A stretch of 63,964 nt of DNA, counting the filler, from Cladosporium halotolerans (Eukaryota): assembly GCF_011745625.1 (NCBI RefSeq). It is 13 parts of 13 records of this genome, joined end to end, with 100 filler letters (N's around TTAATTAATTAA, not from the genome) between each part and the next. Parts side by side here need not be neighbours in the genome. Positions count along the whole stretch, not along the records: positions 35,892 to 40,756 come from NW_027191679.1; positions 40,857 to 45,697 come from NW_027191680.1; positions 45,798 to 50,629 come from NW_027191681.1; 10 more parts are not named here. One strand, 5' to 3'. The translations under genes were made by a program, and so were the position numbers. The notes beneath the pieces are model-generated. The model was not told where the DNA came from. It did no database searches and saw nothing but the letters and a program-made list of their open reading frames with translations. Below are positions 35,962 through 46,135 of this stretch, piece after piece; positions within the stretch are counted from its first letter, which is position 1; each line of letters begins with the position of its first letter.

Positions 35962-38346
35962 CTACAGTTGAAGTCGGGCCACGCCGTGACCGGCGTGCAT
36001 CTGATGAGAACAAAGAGAGTGCAAAACGCCCGATGCTGGTGGTGTGATGACAGCAGACAGAGCGCAGGGTGGCCAGCAAGTAAGTAAACAAGCCAGTAGG
36101 GAGCGGCTTGGCTTGAGTGGCACTGATGACCGGCTTGGCTTGGCAAGCCGGCTTGCCAAGCCATCTAGGAATGCAGTGAATATACTGCTTCCATACACAA
36201 AATGAGCTGAAATCTCGAGAATACGAAACCCTTTCGCAGCGGTCTGATCCTCAGATCTGTTCAAATTCCTTGAAAACTGCAAGGGAGCGATTACACTAAC
36301 AAGTCCAGCTAGAATCCACGCTCTCAAGCATTGATTGGCTTCCGCGTGATCCTCTTTGGTACGTGGTCTACTTTCGTTCAGCACATGGCCAGCCTTAGAG
36401 AACGCCCTTTCGCACTCTGAAGACATAGCCGGTACGGCAAGAAGATCGAATGCCATCTGGGATAATACAGGGTAAGGGTGGCGATGGAGGCGCCACCATT
36501 GCAGTGGGTCTGCGACATCTTCGGTGGGTGCATTCAAGTATTTGTCAAGCTCGTTAGCCCCGACCACCGCTACCGCCCTTCTTTTGTTGAACCTCTCGAA
36601 ATCGTTCATCTCTTTTTCCGGCTGTGCTGGGTGTACTGGCTGTCTTGCAAGGTAGCCTTGAAACAGCTGTGCGACGACTTTCTTCACCTCTTCCAGCCAT
36701 GATGTCTTTTCACCCCAGTGGTTCTGAAACCACTCGAGCTTGTGCTCAGGATGTATCAGAACGGCAGCACGGTATGCAGAAGTATCGTCTGAGAGATTGT
36801 AGTAGTCATCCAACTTCTTCCAGCCGAGGTTGACACACGTGCGTATGTGTGTGTGGCTATTCTGACGGTTCAGCAAAAACTTCTTATGCTCCAATTTGTC
36901 GAAGAGGTAGTCCATAGCAGGGAGGTATTCCCAGAGAGCACCGTGAACACCTTTGATTGCGTTGCCTTGTAGTTGAGTCGAGATGAAAGCAAAAGGCTTG
37001 AGGAATTCTCGGAATCCGGAGAGCTCGACCCAGTCGCTTGGAGTCATAGATGTCGATAATTGAATAACACTTAATATGAGGTCATATTAAGTATTCAATT
37101 ATTCAACCAGGCCTGTATTCAATTCAATTCAATTATTCATTTGATTTCGCCAAGACTTCCTTACGTCATCATCGGGTTCGTATAAACGGCTCATGGAGGA
37201 GGACGAGGAGCTAAAAGATAGCACCTGAGTGGTTCAATATTACATACCAATGAATTCACCTGTGGTCCGAATAGTTCGTTCTGTACGATGGAAGATGGCA
37301 TTATCGGTACGCGGTAGCAGCTCATCCGAAGCCCCACAAGAACATTTAGAGCCAAATTTACTCCCCGACCAACCTTATCTCCAGGCCCGATTTTCTAATC
37401 TGAATATCTGAATACTTGAATTAATATTGAAAGCAATATTCAATTCATGAATAATTGAATAATTGAATTGAATATTTAATATGAATAAATTATCGACATC
37501 TATGCTTGGAGTGAGTATATCTGTATCTGCAAGATCGCTCTGTGCTTGCTGATAGAGTGTGACTGTATCCTTGAACTGGAGCAGTCGCTCGATCATGACA
37601 TAGGCTGGGTTCCACCTCACGCCTCCGTCAACAAGGAGTTCGTAGAGCTGTGTTGCATATTCGTCCGCTTCTTTCTGTTTCGCCTTGAAAGCTTGCCTGC
37701 GAGCCTCAGAGTAATTGACATGTATGACGAAGTTGTGGCCCTTCCCGATAGCGCCTTTCTTTCGCCATGCGTCCAGTCGCTGCTCTTCGTTGGCAAGCGT
37801 CACTTTCCTCTCGAAAGCTTCCACACGTCTGTCGGGGTCAGGCTGGGAAAAGTCCTTCTCGAATGACTCTGCGTCGGTACTATGCAGCATGGCTTTGCAT
37901 AACAGATTCACGGCATGGCCAAGACACCGCAATCTCCTTTGCCGGACATTAAAGCCTGGCAAACTCTTCTGTAGTTCTTCCATCATGGTGCCATTGTTGC
38001 TGGCATTATCCATCATGAAGTATCCGACTTTCTCCTCAATGCCGTACTCTTGTATCACTTGAAGAACGATGTTGCTCAGAGTAACACCGGTGTGACGACC
38101 GTCAATGAACGGCAGTGCGATCAACGCGGCTTTGAGCTCGTAGTCAGCGGTCACAAAGTGCGCGCATATGCCGAGCAAGGGCAGTTTGCTGTCCGAGGTC
38201 TACGCATCGATAGAAAGATGAATCTTGCTGACTGCTATGGCAAGAGCGCTCTTGATCTGCTGTTTTGCGACGTCGTAATGCCCAGTGATCATATCTCTTA
38301 TGGATGTCTTGCTTGTCTTATGTAGGTCTCCAGCGACGGGGCTGAT
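35962..38346 (-). pseudogene. hAT transposase A, split by a MITE and cut 5' by an LTR
   Basis: IHLSIDA*TS (W-to-stop), MDNASNN, RCLGHAVNL, VRWNP, PAMSSECERAFS. Removing the insert rejoins DILTPS/DWVEL in frame. Confidence 0.92.
37045..37504. mobile_element. 460-bp non-autonomous hAT element (MITE-like)
   Basis: 17-bp perfect TIR CATAGATGTCGATAATT; 8-bp TSD CTTGGAGT (37037-37044, 37505-37512); ATTCAA subterminal repeats. Confidence 0.95.
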
Positions 38347-38471
38347 TGTTGAAGATCGGCAGCGCCACATTCGCCACCCACTGCTGTATATAGGTCAGGC
38401 ATGCTCCCACTTGATAGATCATCAATCAACTCTCTTCCAAAAACCGCATATCTTTAACAGGTTATGAGCCC
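38347..38471 (+). mobile_element. Short Copia 5' LTR (38347-38459) plus primer-binding site
   Basis: TGTTGAAGAT...ATCTTTAACA inverted ends, then GGTTATGAGCCC, identical to the PBS of the Copia at 50828. Confidence 0.8.
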
Positions 38472-38651
38472 GGCTGACGCTCTGGACCGTTGCACGTGAT
38501 CGTGGCCAGAGATGAACACAATCCGGGGTGCTCGCAATCCGGATTGTAATCCGACTGTCGCAGTCTGCACATATTGGTGGATTGCTCAGATTGTCATAGT
38601 CAACAATCCAAGCCCCTGTGGATTGTATGGATTGTATGGCTTGTGACTGTG

Positions 38652-40659
38652 CAGATCTCAAGCCAACCCCAACCCTTACCCTAGCTGAATATCAGAAATT
38701 CTCTGGATCTTCTCCAGGTTTTAGCTGCAGTACAGCGCGGGTACGCAGATCTATCATCGAATTCGGAATCTCCCCGCAATATTCGGAGGTGCGTGTCCTC
38801 AGGGCCAAATTTATGTCGTCAATACACCGAATACACCACCACGCCTAACGCTGATGCCCCAATCTACACTCTCTGGCTTCACCACCTCAGCACCTCCTAC
38901 TATTGACTCTGAAGCCTCGACTGAGCCATAGTATACGCACGGCTTAGCAAGCAATACTACTGCCACTTTGACTCAGGAGTTGCCTGTAATCACAACCGGT
39001 CTCTTAGATTGCGACCTCGATCGGATCCGTGGCTACACTGAATTACGGGATGAGAAGGTTCTTCATTCTTACGTCTGGGCTTTCGGGTACCGTGTACAGG
39101 ATGGGAAGCAAAGGGAACACTGGATCTGCCGAATATGTCATACTGGACCTCTCAAGCCTCGCAAGCCCACAGGTCACTGTTACTACGCCGGATCTGGAAC
39201 CTCCAAAGCTATATAGCACTTGAAGTCTGTTCATCGTGTCACAAAGGCTACAGACCCTGTCATCAGCATAGACGAGGCCCGGAACCTTGCAGGAAGTATA
39301 CAGCAGTCAATCAGTTCATTCCCGACTGCTATACCAAAGGAGTTTGACTTTGAGGTGTTTAAAGGCCTCATATTGCAGCTCTTCACTACAGAGCAGGTGC
39401 CGTTCTCATTGATAGATGCGAAGGCTTTCAGAGCGCTCCTCGTCTATCTACAACCACTGCTCTCTGACTGTATACCAACCAGAACAACTCTACGCCGGCA
39501 TATTGCAAAGGCGTACAACCAGGCTCTCACAAACGTCGAATCGGAGCTTCATCGTGCCACTTCACGGATCAATCTATCTTTTGACCTGTGGACATCACCA
39601 GGAAGACGATTAGCACTTCTTGGCGTGGTCGCTCACTATCTTGATGCCACCTACACGCCACGCGCAGTACTGCTGTCGCTACCGGCTGTCAAAGGTGCCC
39701 ACACAGCTGTCAATGTAGCGTCAAACCTCAGTGCGATTTTGCGTCATTTCAAGCTCCATCAATCCTTTGGTCACGCCATCACCGACAATGCCTCTGAGAA
39801 CGAAGCATGCATGAACATCCTGTCAGCGGAGCTCGCCATACCTCCGGGTAAGCGCCATGTGTTCTGCATAGGTCATATCATCAATCTGGTGGCTCATCAG
39901 CTACTCTTCGGCGAAGACCCGGAATCTTTCGAAGAATCACTCATTGCAGTGACTGCAGAGGAGGTTGAGCTACGCAATTGGCGGCGGCGAGGCCCAATTG
40001 GCAAGCTTCATAACCTCATACGGTACATAAATCACTCTACCCAACGGCGAGACGCCTTCGCACGGGCACAACGTGACCGGCCTGATGCCCTGCGGAACGA
40101 GAGGCTCCAGTCACAGGAGACCTACGAGCTGATCCGCGATAACCTCACCCGATGGAACAGCTGGCACGATGCCGCGCAGCGTGCACTGGATCTACGACCT
40201 GCAGTTGACGACTTCACCGACAATGAGCTGCACGACTACGATCAAAGACTCTCAAGGCATCACCGAAGGCCAGCAACAGAGCCTGCGCCAAAGGCTCCTT
40301 CACTTATCAATGGCCGCCTTGATGACGACGATTGGCACGTTATCGCACGCTACGTTGAGCTGCTGAAACCATTGAAGAAGGCAACAATGAACCTTCAAGG
40401 CAATGTCAGTACTACCGCGAAGCAGGAGCAGCCTATCAAAGGTGCTATCTGGCAGGTGTTACCTGCCTTCGAAGAGATACTTCAGGGGTTTGAGCACGCG
40501 CGCGAGCAACATCGACCCCTAGCTTCACAACAACTATCTCAAAAACCACGCGGCTCATCACTATCTGCCTCAGCAGGGAACAAACGCCGTCGCACACAAT
40601 GGTCGTCACCCGAGAGGGTAGCTATAGCTCCAACCGTCTCTGGAAGCGCCCCTAGTAGT
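38652..40659 (+). mobile_element. hAT element B with BED-finger transposase pseudogene, 3'-truncated
   Basis: WICRICH..HLKSVH, INLSFDLWTS, TDNASEN, CIGHIINL, TRWNSW; in-frame TAG at 39214-39216. Left boundary is approximate. Confidence 0.85.
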
Positions 40660-40756
40660 CATAGATCTTGAATCTTGATTTTCTCAATCAGATAATCAAT
40701 CAGGTAATCAATCAATCAGGTCCCTGATTGAGCTCGGACCTGAATAATCAGATTCA
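40660..40756. mobile_element. Terminus of a further hAT-like element (CATAGATCTTG) inserted in element B
   Basis: Shares CATAGAT with the MITE TIR; AATC subterminal repeats; terminates the transposase ORF. Confidence 0.7.
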
Positions 40757-42049
40757 NNNNNNNNNNNNNNNNNNNNNNNNNNNNNNNNNNNNNNNNNNNN
40801 TTAATTAATTAANNNNNNNNNNNNNNNNNNNNNNNNNNNNNNNNNNNNNNNNNNNNTCGAACGCTGCTGTCACCATTGACCTGCTGCCGATGTGTTTCGA
40901 AGTCCGTTTCCGCAGATGAACTTGGTGACATGTCACTGATGTAGTATCGTAAGGCCGCAGGTATGCGCTTTTGGCCAATGCCCGAGGAAGAGGGACTAGG
41001 CAATCGGCATCCGCTGGAGTGATAATTGTGAAACATAAGGGTTCAGCTTGGTAATGCCAAAAGTGGCGCGGATCTCTCGTCTTATCACGGTAGCAAGCAG
41101 GAAATTGGAAGACCAAGGGATGGCATGGAGCTCGCCCGCCTTATAGGTTGATCAAGGCTCATCGCCCGGCGTACCCACATGACTACGCACGGTCATGACA
41201 CAAGCGAGAGCCAGCATTCATTGGGGGAGGACTCTTACTTGACATAGGGCTTCTCCAATGAATGACTGCGAATACGTAATGCGCGTAAGCTTTCTTGGAC
41301 AACGGATCGTTTCTGCGACTTTCGTGGAGCTTCTTAAACTACTGTACAATACTGATTTGATTTAATTTGACTTGATTACGCCATCGTCTGTCCCAGCCAC
41401 GGTACGGTACTGGACCCCCCGAAACTTGACCTACACAGTCGCTTCGACGGAAGCAACACTATCGCGGGGTGGGTAGCTGATGGCGAGTCTTCCCTTCGGT
41501 ACGTTAGAGCAAAGCAGCATCGCGCACGTTTACGTTGGCATCTTTCTACCGTACATCAGCAGGGCTACCCCGATCCGGCGCTCCAGACCAAGGTGACTGC
41601 TCCGGATGCTACTGTAGCTCAACAAGCGAGCCTTGCATTCTGCTGCCATCATAGCGCAGCCAGCTTTGACTCTTCCGCATGACGACCGGCCATTCTTTCC
41701 GGGAGTTTCGCAAGCCAAATGACCACTCCATCCACTTCAGTGGGCTAAGTGCTTCGCAAGCCACGTGTGCCTCTGGCAAGCCACCTCGAACATCCCCACA
41801 GCTCGTTCAGGATACTCCAAAGGAGTTGTCACAGGAACCGGACTTTGGCTGAGGCGTCGATGGGTGCTTGTTCGCTTACGAGATGTTACGGAGGTATATT
41901 CGAGCAGCTACCTTGCTAGCCCGATGACGGGTCAAAGCACTAAATCAACGCCCGCGTGGAACTGTGGGCTTTGAATACATTACCAATAGCTACTGACTCT
42001 ACGTGTCCAGCATTTCCACGGCGGAGCAGGTTGTTCCGGGAGCGAGCAG

Positions 42050-43195
42050 CTAAATCTGCGCGCATCCTTCGTCGCACAACCCAAAATGCTCATTTCCAAT
42101 GCATACAATGAGGTCTTTCGAAGAGCAGGACACCAGGCCTGAGGGGCATGCACTGGAAGTGGTTGCGGTAGGTGACGCGTCGCATGTCGTAGATAGCGCC
42201 GCTGACCACAGAGCGTTTACAGACGTCGCGGCCGAACTGCCTGAATTGGGCATGATCTTTACGATTGATGAGTTTGTAAGAGACACATAGCTGGCCCCTG
42301 TCGCCGTCAAAGATCGTCTTCTGCAGTCCCCTGGTGAAAGGCCATCTCCGGAGGAGCGGTATGCTTTCTCGGAACACGGCATCGGTGATTCAGCGGCTGC
42401 GTGATCCGTAGTTGTGTCCAAATCATGGCCGTCTTGAAGCTGAGATGCCACGATGCTGCAGCTTGCGGTGGCAGATGGCCAGTTGCTCCCTTCAGTTGCT
42501 GACATGGAGGTTCGATATCTGCCAGGATTAGGAAACGCGACGTTGGTCCGTTCTGGAGACGAGGTGCAAACACCCGGAGGACCGATGTTGGCGACGTACA
42601 TGGCAGGGAGAGATTCCACTTCCTCGCCTGTCCCTCCGACGATCTCAACATTGGCGCAGTTCTGATACATTTCTCGTTCTCCAAGAGCATTGAACCACGT
42701 CCAAGACAGGATCGCATGTCCGGATCGCAGGCCAGCCGGCAATGGCACTTCCCATGTGTGCACGCACTCAGCCTGTCCTGGGGACGAACAATAGCTTGCA
42801 TTGCGTAGGTTCCCTGCGGAAGATGATGGACAGCCTCCCTCGATACTGTATATCACGTGCCAGTTCGAAGGGTTCTGGAGCATATCGGCGTCGGTATCGT
42901 ACGTGATAGCCACCTGGCAAGACCCTCCACCGTGTACAGCGGTATTGCTGCCGTTGGGGCCCAGGTCGAATCGAAGGGTAAAAGACGACCCGGCGTCCAT
43001 GATCTGACCGCCCTCCTTGGGAAGCGCCGCGCCATGGCACGGAAAATTGCTGCCGTCCGCCATGAGGGGATCTTTTGGTGCAGCACCTTCGATTGGTTTT
43101 GGAGAAGCGAGAAACATATGCGGGGAGACGATATGCGCGAAGGCCATGAATGGCACAAACGCAAGCAGCGCGAAGCAATGCGCGGAACGAGACAT
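42050..43195 (-). CDS. AA11 lytic polysaccharide monooxygenase, secreted; C-terminal Cys module ends early
   Basis: Signal peptide then HMFLASPKP; DGSNFPC, AVHGGGSCQ, SIEGGCP, WTWFNALGEREMYQNCA; S/T linker; CIG..HFGLCDEGC. Confidence 0.9.
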   Translation of the reverse strand: MSRSAHCFALLAFVPFMAFAHIVSPHMFLASPKPIEGAAPKDPLMADGSNFPCHGAALPKEGGQIMDAGSSFTLRFDLGPNGSNTAVHGGGSCQVAITYDTDADMLQNPSNWHVIYSIEGGCPSSSAGNLRNASYCSSPGQAECVHTWEVPLPAGLRSGHAILSWTWFNALGEREMYQNCANVEIVGGTGEEVESLPAMYVANIGPPGVCTSSPERTNVAFPNPGRYRTSMSATEGSNWPSATASCSIVASQLQDGHDLDTTTDHAAAESPMPCSEKAYRSSGDGLSPGDCRRRSLTATGASYVSLTNSSIVKIMPNSGSSAATSVNALWSAALSTTCDASPTATTSSACPSGLVSCSSKDLIVCIGNEHFGLCDEGCAQI

Positions 43196-43613
43196 GGCTG
43201 GTTCAGCCAAGAAGGCTTCAAACACAGCGAGCTCAAACTGTGGTACGCTCCAGCAGTACTCCGTGCTGTGTACCGATCGTAAAGTTGAGGAAAAGAGGGC
43301 GAGCAAATGGAGTGGAAAAATAGAGGTGCGAGCCCTCACTGTACTGGAAGGCCGCGCCGGCTTTAATGGATCACACATGACGAGAAGAATGCGTTCTCAC
43401 GTCGGCTAATACGAGCGGTATCGTACGCCCGGCCGCGTGGGCCTCTGGCTGCTCCCTGATGCTTTGATTGACGGGGAACATTGCTGCGAGCCTATTTGTA
43501 CGGCCAAAATCCTCGAGACAAATGTTGCTCCCGAGTTTATCTTGTCTATTCTACCCACAGTACGTCCATACTTACCGACACAATAACGATCATCCTTTGC
43601 CGTGGAGTTGATT

Positions 43614-44489
43614 ATGGAGGGAGATACACATTGCCGTGAGGCTTCTTCGAACAAAGAATCTCTGCACAAAATGAGCATCCGATTCATGCTCACCGACGAC
43701 CCTCCTGATACTGCACCGCAGGTTTTGCCGTCAACGAACATCGAATACAGCAAGAAGACTCTGTACGACAGCAGTTACCAGCCAAAAGACCGCAGCACCC
43801 CGGACGCCAGCTGCGGTGGACTCCCCACAAGACACTGGATGGATGTCGATAAGACGTTTGCCGGTCACGAAGCGGCTTCGATGCTCGCGAACAAGGATCT
43901 TCACACGAGCATTCGGCCAAGTTTTGTCGCACGATGGGTGGCTTCTCAGTCTCTTCCTTTCTTGACACAAAGGAGGCTGGACTTGGGGACAGTACCAATT
44001 GTTGACGGTCGGATTGGCGGACCAACCTCGTCAGAAGGGCAAGAAGCGCTCGACGAGCCGACTTGCTCTCTGCCAGTCCTGGTCCAGAAAAGCGTGACTG
44101 ATGTCCAGAACGACGCGAATCAAGGGATGCACATGTATCGAGCATGGTCTGCGGAGCCGGAGCATTCATCACTCACAGACAACCGTCGTTCCCGTCGTGC
44201 ATATTCCCCCGAGCAAAAGCTTTTCATCATGTACCACCGCATTCTCAAGGATACCAAGTGGCAAGATATCTCCGCAGGGTTTGGCACGGTGTTCGGCGAA
44301 GATGTCACGCATCGTACGATCAGGACTCTCAGTAGCACGTACTACCGTACGCGAAGAGACTGGGGCTTGGATTATGTGACGAGGACGGCGCAAAGACCGA
44401 AGTCGGACAAGGCGGTGGTGCTGGAGCGAATGAAGCGTCTGGGCTTCTGCTCGGATTATCCCCCTTGGAACATCTGTAGCGTAGATTGA
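43614..44489 (+). CDS. Hypothetical protein with a C-terminal Myb/homeodomain-like helical domain
   Basis: RRAYSPEQKLFIMYHR..KWQDI..F...RTIRTLSSTYYRTRRDWGL. Confidence 0.55.
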   Translation: MEGDTHCREASSNKESLHKMSIRFMLTDDPPDTAPQVLPSTNIEYSKKTLYDSSYQPKDRSTPDASCGGLPTRHWMDVDKTFAGHEAASMLANKDLHTSIRPSFVARWVASQSLPFLTQRRLDLGTVPIVDGRIGGPTSSEGQEALDEPTCSLPVLVQKSVTDVQNDANQGMHMYRAWSAEPEHSSLTDNRRSRRAYSPEQKLFIMYHRILKDTKWQDISAGFGTVFGEDVTHRTIRTLSSTYYRTRRDWGLDYVTRTAQRPKSDKAVVLERMKRLGFCSDYPPWNICSVD

Positions 44490-45014
44490 GCGTCCAGTTT
44501 AAGGACATTATGCTTTCCATCATCGAAGCTTGCCGCCAACTCCGCTGTCTTAATTGTACTGGCACGCTCTTACCAAAATAGACTACAATCTTAAGGAGTT
44601 ACAGTAACCCGGACCGGTCCGTCTTTTCACCATTTCTGTGGCGAGGTGTTGAGCCCCGCCTGCGGAAGTCGTCCCAGACTGCAAAAGAGTGACGCGTTGT
44701 CAAGCTTAGTCCGACCGGACTGGCTTTTGCAAAGTGCAAAGGGTTCTTTGCTACAATTGTCTGACCATCAGTACCTGTCGTTGTACTTATTACGTGCAGA
44801 CGAAGTGCTCAGGATAGCCGCTCACAATAGAGTGTCAATTCACCACACTTCTTGTATAGTACTTACAAGACCACTTCGAAAGCCACAATGGCACCGCCTG
44901 AGACCGTCGATGGAGTTCAGTCCCACGCCAGAGGTCCCTTCTTGATCTTTCCTGGTATGTTGGTTTCAGATCTCGCTAGATTCATCAACTCCATCACTGA
45001 CCGGAAGCCCAGAC

Positions 45015-45598
45015 ATGAGAACAGACCGTGAGCTGGACCTCCCGCCAACGGAAGTCGTCGACGATCAGGGTGATGAGGTGTCCTGGGAGCTGCTCAACAA
45101 GATCATCGATGAGGTTTTCACCGCGGCCGACGGACAGATTGAGCGGGGAAGAGACCACGCAGGACAGCATCCCATATTCCATGGCGATAAGGAGATGCGC
45201 TCGCATTCCACGAAGACAACATCTTACGAAACAGCTGGTGGAGCCGAGACACGCAAACCGCGATGCTTGCAAGGCGTGCGAAGGCCACAGAAGGACGACG
45301 AATACTGGTCCGTCTCTCCATCGGCGTGGTCACGACTGTCACAAGCCCGGCAGGAGGTCTTGTCCCACGTCGGCCGCATCAACGAGACAGCAGAAGGTGT
45401 GCAAGCTCCCGACGGTGAATGCTTCAGGTGTGCGCAGAGCGGAGCGGAATGTATGGTGTATCGTTCGGAGGCACGAATAGCCACCAGTGGCGATCAGATC
45501 CTGTCTTACAGTCGTTGCAGGTTCCGCGGCCTGGGATGCTCTCTTGGCGAGACCGTGAAATCGCGCAGGCGAAAACGTAAAGCTGTCAGGTTCGACGC
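45015..45598 (+). pseudogene. Hypothetical Cys-cluster protein interrupted by a TE end
   Basis: CFRC..SGAECMVY..YSRCRFRGLGC followed by basic RRRKRK; sequence switches to a CAGTG terminus at 45599. Confidence 0.45.
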
Positions 45599-45697
45599 CA
45601 GTGAACTTATTGGTTCGGTCAATCTGGTTTTTGTGGTTCAGTTGGTAGGTTTTCGTAGGTTACGGTTCGGCCTTGGTCATGTATCTGGTTGGTTTGG
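45599..45697. mobile_element. Probable hAT terminus (CAGTGAAC) with GGTT subterminal repeats
   Basis: Similar to 30725; runs off the contig. Confidence 0.5.
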
Positions 45698-46135
45698 NNN
45701 NNNNNNNNNNNNNNNNNNNNNNNNNNNNNNNNNNNNNNNNNTTAATTAATTAANNNNNNNNNNNNNNNNNNNNNNNNNNNNNNNNNNNNNNNNNNNNTGC
45801 TGCATCCATAGCTGAACAATTGATGGAGATACACGACGATAAAGCCGTCTGTTGACAAACGCGTCGCGTGAGCACGCGGTGGGTCTGTGCACACGGTGGG
45901 GAAGACTTCTAGGGAAGGAAGTGTACAAGGTTAAGCTCGTGGTCCGAGCGTCATTCCAGTCGGGATCCAGAAAATGCTGGCTGACTTCATTGCTCTAAAT
46001 GTCTTGAAGACATCTTTCCCACATCGCTCTCGCGAGCTACATTTAGCAAGGCGCTCAAGCGACATGCGCATTGCTTGATTCAATTACATCAAGTACCCGG
46101 GAATCATCGAAACCCAGGCGACTCCATCTCTCATA

